A stretch of DNA of 64,000 nucleotides from Octopus vulgaris (Eukaryota), in NCBI GenBank assembly GCA_951406725.2, contig OX597823.1, positions 12,400,001 to 12,464,000 on the forward strand, given 5' to 3'. The position numbers were made by a program, and so were the translations under genes. Shown one piece after another: positions 12,009 to 25,754 of the stretch. The notes under the pieces were generated by a model, which was given only the letters and a program-made list of their open reading frames with translations, had not been told where the DNA came from and did no database searches. Each line of letters starts with the position of its first letter. The first letter of the stretch is position 1.

Positions 12009-12575
12009 TTGGGTTGTCCTGAAAATTCGTGCCGATTTATATTAGCATAATTTTCGACTAACTTTAGAACATCGTTGAGTCCATAAAATAGGATTTGACT
12101 ACACCTCCATTTAGAGCAATGTTTAAGCTATCTTTTCGTGGAAGAAGGTTTATGTTCCTAAAACCTGTGTTAATTCTGTAACCCTTTAAAATGGGAGATA
12201 AGAAAGTTCCTTTTCGGCACTTGATGCTTTGGGAACCAGACAATAATTGCTGCAGCTCGGCTGGGATGTGTTACCCCACCCTCCATATTCATCAGATATT
12301 GCTCCTTCAGATTTCCATTTATATTCAGGTCTCTGCAGAATAGTCTTAATTGTAAAAATTTCAATTCCTTGGATGACGCAAAAAGATATCTTGATGAATT
12401 CTTTGCCATGAAACCACCTCAATTCTGTGAAGAGGGTATTTTCAAGTTAAAGGAAAGATGGAGACGCATTGTGTAACAAATTGGTTCATATTTGGTTGAT
12501 TAAAATGTAATGGCAAGTATTTATTGACCTTTTTCTATCCTTTAAAAATCGGTACGAACTTTCCTGACAACCCAA
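12009..12575 (+). mobile_element. internally deleted mariner (MITE-like)
   Basis: TIR TTGGGTTGTCCTGAAAATTCGTGCCGATTT / AAATCGGTACGAACTTTCCTGACAACCCAA, TA TSD; LPHPPYSSDIAPSDF relic. Confidence 0.92.
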
Positions 12576-12577
12576 TA

Positions 12578-12728
12578 TAATACACAAAATATTTTAGCAA
12601 CTTTTTGTAAACAATTCATAATAATATTTAAGTATGTGTGTTTTAAAATCTCGAATGACAAGGAGGGTCCATTCGACTAAAATATGAATAAAAGTGGGCA
12701 CTAGAAAAAAAATGGTTGGGAAACACGG
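12578..12728. mobile_element. right half of hAT-type MITE (same as 28081-28241)
   Basis: AATACACAAAATATTTTAGCAAC...AAAATGGTTGGGAAACACGG. Confidence 0.75.
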
Positions 12729-12740
12729 ATGTATGGTAAC

Positions 12741-12891
12741 CTCTTCAATTCTAGGAAGAGGGTATTTTCAAGTTAAAGGACGCATTGTTCAACAAAATGG
12801 TTCATATTTGGTTGATTAAAAATGTAATGACAAGTATTTATTGACCTTTTTCTTTCCTTTAAAAATCGGCACGAACTTTCGGACAACCCAA
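12741..12891 (+). mobile_element. 3' fragment of the same mariner family
   Basis: repeats 12418-12575, ends in TIR GGACAACCCAA+TA. Confidence 0.85.
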
Positions 12892-13786
12892 TAGATTAAC
12901 CATGAAAGGCATGCAACACCAAAATGAAGCAGCTAATAACTGATATATCAAAATATGAATATGCACTTAGTGGGATGAATCCATGAAAGTAAAAAAGTTT
13001 AACCACAAATCAATACATGGCTGGTGTCGTATGAGGCGAACCTTCAAAACCCCAATGATGGGAAAATTTACATGAATTCAACTTGTATATAAGGAAAAAC
13101 CTGGATGTGAAGTATAATTAAATTTTGAATATGACGAAGGTATGGAAACATAGACCATAAATTTAGGAACATTATTGTTATATTTAACTGAAAATCTAAG
13201 ATAACGCTGAAAATCTGAACTAAAAGACATAAAATTTGAACACAATCACGCATTTAATGAAACACGCACACACACTCGCACGCACACACACTTGCACGCA
13301 CACACACACACACACGAACACTTAGCTTTTTTTCTTTATTGTTTTTCCGCCTGAATCATAATCCATAACAATTTTGCTTACCGTCTCTAACCGCGATGGA
13401 AATTTAAAATAGTTAATAATTTACTGTGTAATGCAATTAGTGCACATATGACCGATTTTGACATCTAAATTCTTGCCCCTGCAACTTTGAGTTATTTCCT
13501 TTTATCTCTGTTTTAATTACAGAAATATCGTTCGACAAAGAAACTTCTCAGCTATGTTTGTCTATGCCAAATATCTACGACTGAATCCCGGTCGAGAAGA
13601 ATATATACTTATCCGTGTCTCGGTTGCAAACCGAATATCAGGTTGGGTTTTATTTCTCTAGTATGTATCCATCATTTCTGAACTTTTTGAAAATAGTCTT
13701 TCTCAATTAGTCTCACTAAACATTGCTGAGGTTTTGCTTACCTCGTCTTGCCGCAAACGAGGGTTCACAATTTAGTAATTTATCAT

Positions 13787-14198
13787 AGGGGCAGGAGTGG
13801 CTGTGTGGTAAGTAGCTTGCTTGCCGACCACATGGCTCCGGGTTCAGTCACACTGCGTAGCATCTTGAGCAAGTGCCTTCCACTATAGCCTCGAGTCCAC
13901 CAAAGCCTTGTGAGTGGATTTGGTAGACGGAAACTGAAAGAAGCCCGTAGCATATATGTATATATATATATATGTATGTGTGTGTGTATGTTTGTGTGTC
14001 TGTTTGTCCACCTAGCATTGCTTGACAACCGATGCTGGTGTGTTCATGTCTCCGTAACTTAGCGGTTCGGCAAAAGAAAACCGATAGAATAAGTACTGGG
14101 CTTATAAAGAATAAGTCCCGGAGTCGATTTGCTCGACTAAAGGCGGTGCTCCAGCATGGCCGCAGTCAAATGGCTGAAACCAGTAAAAGAGTGTATAT
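13787..14198 (+). mobile_element. SINE family S1, full length with 17-bp TSD
   Basis: TSD AATTTAGTAATTTATCA at 13769-13785 and 14199-14215. Confidence 0.93.
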
Positions 14199-14253
14199 AA
14201 TTTAGTAATTTATCACATGTATACACCGGCGCCAGTGTATACAAACGCACATA

Positions 14254-14321
<68 letters not shown>

Positions 14322-14394
14322 CGCACACACAAACACAAACATGACTGAATTAGTCACTCGTCACTCTTAGCTCCTATTTCACAGACTTGCCGAA

Positions 14395-14650
14395 TCTTAA
14401 CTCTACTCTTTCTGCTGCTACTATAACGGCTTCTGTTCCTTATAGCTAGATAGCTGCTAACATCTCCACCTTAGCCTACCCAATACACACATCCCTTCTA
14501 CTTTCGTCACACATTCAGTGAAGTTCCCTGTAGAGCCGTGCTAGCCATATTGCGTTGAATTTACTTCTCAGAACATCAAACATCTGGAATTCCCTTCTAG
14601 ATCACGTTCTTCTTACAGACGTTTGACTTTCAGTTATTCAAGGTTTTTCG
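14395..14650 (+). pseudogene. old CR1/Jockey-group LINE 3' relic
   Basis: LFCCYYNGFCS...RTSNIWNSLLDHVL...FQLFK resembles the LFYRYY.G.CS...RT..LWNSLP terminus. Confidence 0.5.
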
Positions 14651-15514
14651 AAGTTCATAGACTCAGTTAATGACCCTTAACTAAAAATTTTAAAAACTAT
14701 ACGAGCATACAACCTGCAATAATAGAAGGAAGTTATTCGCCATTACTAGATGACGTTGAACTATGGATGAAATTTCAGTTAATGAAATTACCACCAGGAC
14801 TAAAGTACATCTTTTGGTGATATGGCCTGCTTATAAATCTTCTGTTTTATAAAGCTGCTGCTTGACTTTCTTGTCCCCCGTGACTAAATTTGAAGCTACT
14901 TCACAAAACTATGTTAACCAGCAGATGTCACTGTAAACAGTATTTCTGCACTGTCACCACACATATTAGGCCTACTTTTCCACATGCCGTCAAGCATACA
15001 CAGTCTATGTAAACCCTTCTCCATATAAAGCAAACACTTTTTATACATGTATAAGGAGAACATGTGCGATACAATTCAGCCATTAAAGCCCCCCCCCCCC
15101 CCCCCAATTTTTTTTAAATTACCTCCCAGAAGAGCTTCTAGGCGTCACCTTCACAGGATTTGCTTCTTAGCTCACCCCTAGCTTTACTAAACTCTTTAAC
15201 CTTTCACCATGTAACCTTCACGGGTGGCTGTTTCAAGCAATGCGAACCTGTATACCTTCCATCCAATAGGGAATATGTAAATTTATCAATATCCCCCAGT
15301 CAGTACAAACGTCAGCCAGGCTCAGTGATCCAACATGTCTGCCACGACATACTTTTAGATTTTTCCATAACTTCTAACAGAATAAACCAAACCACAGCTG
15401 AAAGACATTATCGATAAAATGGGAGTATTGTTACAATACACTCTGACAATGAACTTGACAATAAAAAAAGAAAACTGCTTATACCACACACAGCTGCACA
15501 TATGCTCGAGTTAT

Positions 15515-15594
<80 letters not shown>

Positions 15595-15693
15595 ACTAAC
15601 TATCTATCTATCTAACCATCTATATATCCATCTATCTAACTTTCTATCTTCCTATGTATGTATGAATCTATCTATCTATCTATCTATCTATCC

Positions 15694-15732
<39 letters not shown>

Positions 15733-16164
15733 CATCTATCTATCCATCTATCTATCTTTCTATCTTCCTATGTATGTATGAATCTATCTATCTATCTATC
15801 TATCTATCTACCTATATATATATATATATATATATGTCTGTCTGTCTGTATGTCTGTCTGTCTCTCTCTCTCTCTCTCAACCTGCTTGTCTGTCTGTGTG
15901 TTGCCTGCCTGTCATTCAGTCAGTCTATCTGTTGTCTGTCTATGTACATGTATACAATTTAATATATTTATTTAACAGGGAGAGAAAGAGAGGGGTAAGA
16001 GACAATACAAAGATGTTTAATGATATCTTAAGCATTATACAAGATGAGTTATTGAATTATTGAAATTATACCAATCGCTTGGTTGAAAATACCGAATGAG
16101 AAGGGGAGATAATTTTCACCTTTCTTAGCCCTTCTGAATTATTTCTCTTGTCTGATTTCGTTTC

Positions 16165-16551
<387 letters not shown>

Positions 16552-16989
16552 ACCTGTGTGTGTGTGCGTGCGTGTGTACGTGTATATATTTTTTCTGTGT
16601 ACCCACGTGCGTACACACCTACGCATATATGTACACAGGTATATATAGAGTGAGTGAGAGAACTGTAAAAATATGTCCCACCCTTATATTAGAGCCCTTG
16701 TTAAATTTAGGCTTAGAGTAAACAAGTCTAGTTGAAAGTTTTCCTGAGTTCCCAGGAGTATAACAACATACATAATATTGACTTTCAGGCTATAGACATG
16801 GGAATACAAAACATATGAATGTAAGGAATTCAAAACATACTAATAACATACCACATACTTGTTTAGTTTGGGTAGACTGGTGATGGGGCCTTTTACTGGT
16901 CCATAAGAGTGTTAGAAATAACAGCCAGATTGCAGTCAAATCTCTCTTATTAAAGTAGAACACGTTGGATAATATAGTCCTAGGTATAA

Positions 16990-17601
16990 GGCGACGAGCT
17001 GGCAGAATCGTTAGCATGCCGGGCGAAATGTTTAGCGGTATTTCGCCTGCCGTTATGTTCTGAGTTCAAATTCCGCCGAGGTCGACTTTGCCTTTCATCT
17101 TTTCGGGGTCGATAAATTAAGTACCAGTTATGCACTGGGGTCGATGGAATCGACTTAATCCCTTTGTCTGTCCTTGTTTGTCCCCTCTATGTTTAGCCCC
17201 TTGTGGGTAATAAAGAAATAGGTATTTCGCCTGCCGTTATGTTCTGAGTTCAAATTCCACCGAGGTCGACTTTGCCTTTCATCTTTTCGGGGTCGATAAA
17301 TTAAGTACCAGTTATGCACTGGGGTCGATGGAATCGACTTAATCCCTTTGTCTGTCCTCGTTTGTCCCCTCTAGGTTTAGCTCCTTGTGGGCAATAAAGA
17401 AATAAGAAATGTTAGCATGCCAGGCGAAATGCTTAGTAGCGCTTCGTCTGTCTTTACGTTCTGAGTTCAAATTCTGCCGGGGTAGACTTTACATTTTATC
17501 CTTTCGGGCTCGATAAATTAAGTACATGTTGCGTACTGGGGTCGATCCAATTGACTGGCCCAACGCCCAAAATTTCGAGCGTTGTGCCTAGAGTAGAAAA
17601 G
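16990..17601 (+). mobile_element. multimeric SINE family S4 with 184-bp internal tandem duplication and 19-bp TSD
   Basis: GGCGACGAGCTGGCAGAATCG head, GAGTTCAAATTCC B-box three times; TSD AATATAGTCCTAG(G/A)TATAA 16971-16989 / 17602-17620. Confidence 0.9.
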
Positions 17602-17795
17602 AATATAGTCCTAGATATAATGTTCGTGAATAAGATGATAATTTCGTGTCTCAGGATGTCTTTGTTTATAGATTTGTTCATGAGAAGTTCAGATGGGATT
17701 GAATCGTACCGCACTTTACCCTAATAACAAATTTAAGATGATGCATGTGATTTTGGAGATAACGATGATGCCGACGGGGACTACGACAACGACAA

Positions 17796-17985
17796 TGGAG
17801 GTGCAATTGCCCGGTGGTTAGGGCAGCGGACTCGCGGTCGTAAGAACGCGGTTTCGATTCCCACACGGGGCATTGTGAATGTTTATTGAGCAAAAACACC
17901 TCAGCTCCACGAGGCCTCGGTGGTGGGTGGGTGGTGAACCCCGCTGTACTCTTTCACCACAACTTCTCTCGCTCTTTCTTCCTAA
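17796..17985 (+). mobile_element. SINE family S2, 5' half
   Basis: matches head of 51196-51578. Confidence 0.85.
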
Positions 17986-18245
17986 TTCTGCCACAAAGCA
18001 GAGGAACCATAGTGTAACCTACTATGGTGAGGTAAACCTTCTGACCCTAGTCTAGATTGCGAATCCTCTGTTAAAAGCCACCGTTTACGGAATGAGGATA
18101 ACAACGTAGCTTTCGTGCCCGTGCAGCCGCCAGTTTATTGTGTGTGGTGGGTAGATCTTCAAGTTGCCGCATGCATTCTTGCTAGCTTAGAGTAGGCTCG
18201 AATTAGAGATTATTCTTTGTGGCTCATGGCATAAGTCCTGATTGG

Positions 18246-18314
18246 AAGAAGAAGAAGAAGAAGAAGAAGAAGAAGAAGAAGAAGAAGAAGAAGAAGAAGA
18301 AGAAGAAGAAGAAG
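18246..18314. repeat. (AAG)n microsatellite
   Basis: direct reading. Confidence 0.97.
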
Positions 18315-18514
18315 ACGACAACGACGAGTACGATTATGATGGTAGTGATACTGATGATGACGATGGTGACGATATTTATGGCGATGACGACCACGAGGTA
18401 CGATGACAATTAGAGTGCTGATCATGATGGCGGCGACAATGATAACGAAAATGATAACAAATATTGATATTCTCTAATTTATCGCAAGTGGTAATTGGGA
18501 ACGGCATACATGCT

Positions 18515-18577
<63 letters not shown>

Positions 18578-18729
18578 AATATATACCTTATATATTCTTG
18601 CATATAATGCATTTCAGTTATGATTTTAAATCTTATGAATGAATGTTGTAGAACAGAAATCCCAAGCAGTTACGCTTCTATGACGTTCTATAATTCCATT
18701 GAAATGTTATATACGTCTCAGTAAATTAC

Positions 18730-18865
18730 CAATTCGGCAAAGATACCGATAGAATAAATATTACGCTTAAAAATATAAATTCTGGGGTCGGTTCATTCGA
18801 CTAAAGTTGGCAAGGTTGGTGCCCCAGTATGGCAGCAGTCCAATGACTGAAACCAGTAAAGGATA
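18730..18865 (+). mobile_element. SINE S1 3' fragment
   Basis: TTCGGCAAAGATACCGATAGAATAA...CAATGACTGAAACCAGTAAA. Confidence 0.75.
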
Positions 18866-18872
18866 GACAGAG

Positions 18873-18934
<62 letters not shown>

Positions 18935-19564
18935 CATATCAAAGGGAAATGGAATTTAATTAAAATTAAAACAGTCAATCAAAATTTACATTTCCAGTGG
19001 TCTAACGTACAAAAAAATTAGTCAAGAAGACTATATATTAGTCATACGATATAGTGTATATTTAAACACATAAGGAATCCCATAATCCCATATATTTAAA
19101 CACATAAGGAAACAGCTAGGTTCTGTAAACCACAAAAAACGGATAAAACGGAAAAAACACTTACCATCTAAAAACATTTACCAACATTTACCATTCTTTC
19201 TAGCGTGCTGATTTCCCTTATAAGTGGGATTCCTTATATATATATATATATATATATACGCACGCACACACACTTAGACACACACTCACACACACACAGT
19301 GGGAAAAACCCGCACACACATATATAACAGAAATAATCAAAATCAAAATGACCGTCTCAGTAGCAGTTCATGTTGGAGCCCCACGAGCATACACTTCCAA
19401 CAACAGTGTGAAGAGCACACTTAATTAACCAAAGTATGATGGATTATGCTGCGGTCAATTATTAAAGATCTACACTGTAATTCCAAGGCGTCGAAAATAA
19501 ACAGGCGTGTCATAAATCCACACAGAGTAAATAATAATTTTAATTGAGGAAAAGTGATGCCTAA

Positions 19565-19673
19565 TCAATGTTACGTACGTTTCGGCAAACGAAAGCCATT
19601 TATCTCAAATTCTGCACAAATTTATGGAATCCATTCACTAAAGTTAATATTAGTCCGCTTCATCAGAATTTGA
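19565..19673 (-). ncRNA. type I hammerhead motif with extended loop II (stem I degenerate)
   Basis: minus strand CTGATGA-AGCGGA...TTTGCC-GAAAC-GTAC-GTA-ACATTGA; stem III palindrome ACGTACGT. Confidence 0.6.
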
Positions 19674-20026
19674 ACTGCAATCTTCTTATAAATTAAACTC
19701 ACAATGCGGAATGAATTTTCACCGCTCTACAAGTGAACATATATTTATATGTTGTGATTTCCTTGTATATTTATAAACAATGTAAACAGACGTATATCAA
19801 TCTATCCTTTCAGTTCTTTAGTGTGTCATTCATCCAAACACGACATCCAAACAAAGTAATTAGTCGAAATAAAATTCGAGACATCTAATTCTCAGTGATG
19901 TCGTCTTTTTATTATACTAAGAAACACAAAGTAATGCCATACGAAAAACAAATAATACAATTAACGTACCACATCACTTATTTAGTTTTTCATGCGTCAT
20001 TGTATTAGTCTGTTAGTCTGAGTGTA

Positions 20027-20060
<34 letters not shown>

Positions 20061-20211
20061 TGTGTGTGTATGTGTGTGTGTATGTGTGTGTGTGTATCCG
20101 ACTATAGGTAGTTTGTAAGCTTCAAGTAGTAAGCAGCTAGAATTGGGGGATTGTGTTGTTGCTCACTTAGAAATTCCGTGTGACAATGTAATCTTCATTA
20201 AAGTAATTTTA

Positions 20212-20288
20212 GCCTGATGATTAGCTATGTTGAATTGAGTTCATTGTATAATAATCGCTTCAAGAGCTAATTCAGAAAAATATGTAGC
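20212..20288 (+). ncRNA. degenerate hammerhead motif
   Basis: GC-CTGATGA-TTAGCT...AGCTAA-TTCA-GAAA-AATAT-GTA-GC, next to (TA)n. Confidence 0.4.
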
Positions 20289-20310
20289 ACACATACCTGT
20301 CCCACTCCCC

Positions 20311-20351
<41 letters not shown>

Positions 20352-20356
<5 letters not shown>

Positions 20357-20645
20357 GAACCTCGCAGTACGAGTGCCACATTGTACGATTAATTTGCTGT
20401 ACGAACCGAGGTCGTGCGAACTTTTGTCTCGAGCGCACAAATCATTCCATCTGTAGGGTGTTGCATTCTCTTTTTATAATTGTCATTTTCTAGTGACTGC
20501 ACCTTTTCTGTTTCAAAACCCGTAAAACATTAGTATTAAGTGGTTTTGGCGGGGCTCAATGGGGAAAGTTGAATTGTAAAACGAGTAAATCGTAAGAATA
20601 GCTCGGTCGTGCAACAAATTAAACACGAACTGCGAGGTATCACTG
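20352..20645. mobile_element. pogo/Tigger-like MITE
   Basis: TAGTAGAACCTCGCAGTACG / CGAACTGCGAGGTATCACTG TIRs in TA context. Confidence 0.75.
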
Positions 20646-20689
<44 letters not shown>

Positions 20690-20789
20690 GAAATGAGGTA
20701 ATCAGATCGGATGGTGCATATTTATAGATATTTATTTATATATTACATTTACATATATATATCATATCATTCAGATCATATCATTCGGA

Positions 20790-20831
20790 TTATTAGCGCT
20801 TTCTCCCATTCCAGTGGGGTTTTCAAATCAA
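20790..20831 (-). ncRNA. variant (U3-A8) hammerhead motif in a (TA)n-adjacent element
   Basis: minus strand GAT-TTGAAAA-CCCCACTGGAATGGGA-GAAA-GCGC-TA; stem III palindrome AGCGCT; stem I weak. Confidence 0.45.
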
Positions 20832-21513
20832 ACTAATCCTTTTGTGGGGAATTTGATCATTTTATAGAGTTCCGTAGAAGTGGGGAGGAATAAGACAGTA
20901 TAAGAGGGTGAGGTGGGTGAGGAGGAAGTGAGAGAGAGAACATGTGTGTATGTGTGTGTGTGTATGTGTGTGTGTGTGTGTGTGTATGTGTGTGTGTGCG
21001 TTTGTATCTGAGGCTAAAGAGAAAAAGGGGAGGGGAGAGGGAAGAAGAAGTATTTCCTTTGGCCTGCTGGACCCCCTAGGGTTTTCTAAGAATTTTAGCT
21101 CTCTGTCCATTCTGGTGTCACTGAGTGTGTGTTGGTGGGTAGGCTGGCCGGACAAATGTCATTTGGGGTCAAACTTTCTATGATCGTTTTGTGGAGGTGT
21201 GTGTGTGTGTGTGTGTCTCTGTGTGTGTTTGTGTGCGTGTGTGTGTGTGTCTCTGTGTGTTTGGAGAAGGGGAGAGAGACAAAAAGAGAAAAGGGAAATT
21301 AAAAATAAAAATAAATATAAAAATAAAAATAAATATAAAAATAAAAAAATTAAAATTAAAAAAATAGAAAAATAAATAAAAATAAGGGAGGAAATGGAGA
21401 AGAAGAAAAAAATATTTTTGTGTGTTGATATTTATACCAATACATATATATACACACAGACTTATACATAAAATATTTGGAAAAAAACCTTTTTATCGGT
21501 TCAAAATGAACAA

Positions 21514-21569
<56 letters not shown>

Positions 21570-21573
<4 letters not shown>

Positions 21574-21840
21574 GGTGTTTAACGCAGGCGTAATTCAATT
21601 TCTTTTACTTCCGACACATGTTTCGAAGATATCACTAATGTCTGTCTTGGAGCCACATCCCAGACCGTTTACAATGTCAGCAAAATGGTGCCATCAATGT
21701 AGTTATACAGTCTCTGAAATCTATAGTGGCTGGAAGTAAAAGAATTTGAATAACATTTGCGTTAAACTCCATTTATTTATATATATATATTATACAAAAT
21801 ATTTCACGCAAACCCGAAGTTTCTACCTTTAAAAACAAGG
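21570..21840. mobile_element. fold-back element, arms 21570-21612 / 21732-21774, related to 61058-61343
   Basis: imperfect inverted repeat; minus strand retains TTCGAAACATGTGTCGGAAGTAAAAGAA half ribozyme. Confidence 0.65.
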
Positions 21841-21931
21841 AGTAACAACCTGTTCACTTGTGTGATTTTTTGCTAGCCTAGTAACTATTTATTTATTTTT
21901 TCCGTGTTAATTTTTAACAATGGAAAAATAC

Positions 21932-22288
21932 ACATCAACGAAGCACATACTTTATTTAAAGCAGCAGAAAATTCTACAAAACCTGAATGTATCATAAATA
22001 AACGACCCTGCCCCGCTTAAGCCGATCAGCTAACTGATCAACATCAACGAAGCACATACTTTATTTAAAGCAGCAGAAAATTCTACAAAACCTGTTACGC
22101 TGAGTTTCGCGTTGCCGTTCATCGGACAGTTTTTGCTAGAAAAACTGTCCGATGAACGGCAACGCGAAACACAGAGTAACAGGTTTTGTAGAATTTTCTG
22201 CTGCTTTAAATAAAGCATATTACTCTACCACTGGTATTTGAGTTCTCTTTCTTCCACCTTGTTTCACATTTATGTGTTTACTCCGGTA
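21932..22288. mobile_element. fold-back element (arms 22059-22134 / 22140-22215) with CCGATGA hammerhead variant in both arms and upstream 54-bp direct repeat
   Basis: CTGT-CCGATGA-ACGGCAACGC-GAAAC-ACAGA-GTA-ACAG at 22145-22182 and its mirror; 21932-21985 duplicates 22041-22094. Confidence 0.8.
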
Positions 22289-22563
22289 TATATATATATA
22301 TATATAGACTGCCATATTAGCTTGGCGATAACTGTTAATATATAACTAATATGTTTCTAAATATCTCAGAGAGATTTATGCAGTAGTGCTACAATAAAAT
22401 AGTTGTATACTGTCAGCTCAATGTGACAGTCCCACGATGGGAATCATGGGACTGCTATTTAGCCCTAGGAAGCAGCAACGCTTCCTGTCGGCCTTGACAC
22501 ATTTCCTGTGTCCTTATGTTTACAAGGGGTAGACAAGCACCTCCACCCACCTAAGCCTGCACA

Positions 22564-22602
22564 CAGAGACTAGTTTCTGAGTCTTTGCTCGTCATCAGTC
22601 TA
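22564..22602 (-). ncRNA. minimal type I hammerhead motif
   Basis: minus strand TAGA-CTGATGA-CGAGCAAAGACTCA-GAAAC-TA-GTC-TCTG; stem III palindrome ACTAGT; inside (TA)n-flanked element ~22308-22615. Confidence 0.7.
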
Positions 22603-22613
22603 GAGTAGCATGC

Positions 22614-22683
<70 letters not shown>

Positions 22684-22684
<1 letters not shown>

Positions 22685-23021
22685 GAGGACCCCTTCGGTC
22701 ATGAATGACCATGGGATTGCACCTAGAAAGTTACCCTCCTAGACACAAGTCCGGGCAAGGCTGTTTATGGAAGACCAGCAGTCGCCCATGCATACCAGCC
22801 TCCCCTCTCCACGCCACCAGTGTTATCAAAGGGAAAGACAAAGGTTGATACAGCTTGGCACGAGTGACGTCGCAACTCATTTCTACAGCTGAGTGATCTG
22901 GAGCAACATGAAATAAAGCGTGCTTTGCTCAAGAACACAACACGCAGCCCGGTCCGGGATTCGAGCTCACAACCTCACGATCGTAAGCTCGACGCTCTAA
23001 CCACTGAGCCATGCGCCTTCA
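22684..23021 (-). mobile_element. tRNA-derived SINE family S3
   Basis: reverse complement of 60463-60799. Confidence 0.9.
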
Positions 23022-23049
23022 CATATATATATATATATATGTATGTATG

Positions 23050-23183
<134 letters not shown>

Positions 23184-23189
23184 TGTATG

Positions 23190-23332
<143 letters not shown>

Positions 23333-23685
23333 ACATACAGTCGTGCATACATGCATACATACCTACATATGCACATACTCACATACGCATATGGATTTGT
23401 GTGTGTGTGTTTGTGTGTCTAAGATCCAGGGATCGAGACATAGGAAGCTGCAAACAATTTGTAGTGAATATTAAAAACAACTTTCAGGGACAATAGTGGT
23501 TTATTGAGACAGAAAGATCGTGAATTGTTTGTTTCTGATTGGATCTTCCACGTGTTTACATGTACCTCGTTGCGACAGTGTAAACTTTTATGCAATCAAG
23601 ATATCCTTGGCCAGAAGGATATACCACGCTTGTATCTCACTCTCTCTCTCTCTCTCTTTCTCTCTCTCTATCTATCTATCTCTCC

Positions 23686-23720
<35 letters not shown>

Positions 23721-23775
23721 CTCTCTCTCTGTGCCCCAGCATGACCACAGCTCGTGAGCTGAAACTAGAATCAAT

Positions 23776-23856
<81 letters not shown>

Positions 23857-23943
23857 CGTATATATATATATGTATATATATATATATGTATATATATGTA
23901 TATATATATACTCATGTATGTATTTATATACATACATACATAT

Positions 23944-23990
<47 letters not shown>

Positions 23991-24009
23991 AACTCACACA
24001 CACACACAA

Positions 24010-24046
<37 letters not shown>

Positions 24047-24233
24047 AAGACATTAAGAAAAACAAATGCCAGCCCAAGAATTCACCAATAATATATCTAT
24101 GTTATGTGTGTGTGCGTCTGTGTATATGTGTGTCTGTTAGTCTGTGTGTGTATGTGTATCTGCGTGTGTGAGTGAGTGAGTAGACATATACACAACGTAC
24201 ACACACACGCACACACTCACACACACACACGCA

Positions 24234-24276
<43 letters not shown>

Positions 24277-24617
24277 TATGCCGTTTCTTCAATGTAGTGC
24301 AACGCTGCAATCATCGTCTCAGATGAGCCTCACTTTAGAATCAGTATCCGTCTAATGAAAGTCTGTTAACGCTTCGCTGAGCGGAACTGTTCATGTACAA
24401 AACTGCAAAAAAAAAAAAAAAAAGATAAAGAAAATTTAAAAAAAAACAAGTAGCTAAAACAGAAACAAAACATAAATTAGAAAAAAAAAATATGACAAAA
24501 AAAGCAGAATAAAAAAAAAATTCTGACAGCTGTATTTCTCCTTGTGTCAATAAACGACTGTAACATATGTTAGAGCCTAGCTAACAGAATGTCAGACAAA
24601 TCAGAAATGGAAAAAGA

Positions 24618-25132
24618 AACACACACACATACACACACTCACACACACACACATACACACTCACACACACATGCACACTCACACACACATACACACTCAC
24701 ACACACACTCACACACACACATACACACACTCACACACACATACACACTCACACACACACATGCACACTCACACACGCACATACACACTCATACACACAC
24801 ACACACACACTCACACACACTCACACACACACTCACACACACTCACACACACACTCACACACACACATACACACACTCACACACACACACACACACACAC
24901 ACACATGCACACACACATTCACACACATGCACACTCACACACACTCACACACACATACACACTCACACACACATACACACTCACACATACATGCACATAC
25001 ACACTCACACACACATGCACACTCACACACACACATACACACACTCACCCACACATAACACTCACACACACATACACACACACACATACACACACACATG
25101 CACACTCACACACGCACATACACACACTCACA

Positions 25133-25199
<67 letters not shown>

Positions 25200-25218
25200 A
25201 CATGCACACTCACACACT

Positions 25219-25251
<33 letters not shown>

Positions 25252-25397
25252 ACACACACTCACACACATTCACACTCACACACACATACACACTCACTCA
25301 CACATGCACACTCACACACACACTCACACACACATACACACACTCACACACAAACACAAACACACACACACACGCTTACACACATACATATATATAT
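24618..25397. repeat. long compound (CA)n-derived repeat
   Basis: direct reading. Confidence 0.95.
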
Positions 25398-25754
25398 GAG
25401 GCGATATAACAATATTAATTTTAACAGCACACTTATCTACAACACATATAGCAGCAACAACATAACCTCGAAGAGAATTCTGAGTACATTTCGGTACGAT
25501 TCTAACACTCTGAACACAGTAATTATGGTCACATGATCAGATCACATTACTTATCTTCATCTTCATCGCAGCGATGATTATGATCGTTATTTTCATTAAA
25601 CAGCTTCTTTCATGATTATCATTTTTAATATCATTACCATTACTACTACTACTCCTCCTCCTTGATGTCATAAACATCATCGGTTCCGTTATTACCCGCC
25701 TCCTTCTCGTTATTATCCTTGTCATCATCATAAGCAACACCCCCCCACTGTTAC

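Noticed and set aside
14780-15480. Possible old LINE relic on the minus strand
   Set aside because: Only faint HVEK-like motif similarity; clade and boundaries not determinable
24280-24406. Minus-strand acceptor (poly-T GCAG) suggesting a coding exon
   Set aside because: All three frames hit stops quickly and no donor site is evident
24589-25536. 315-aa His/Thr-rich ORF
   Set aside because: Translation of a (CA)n-derived repeat; no coding signal
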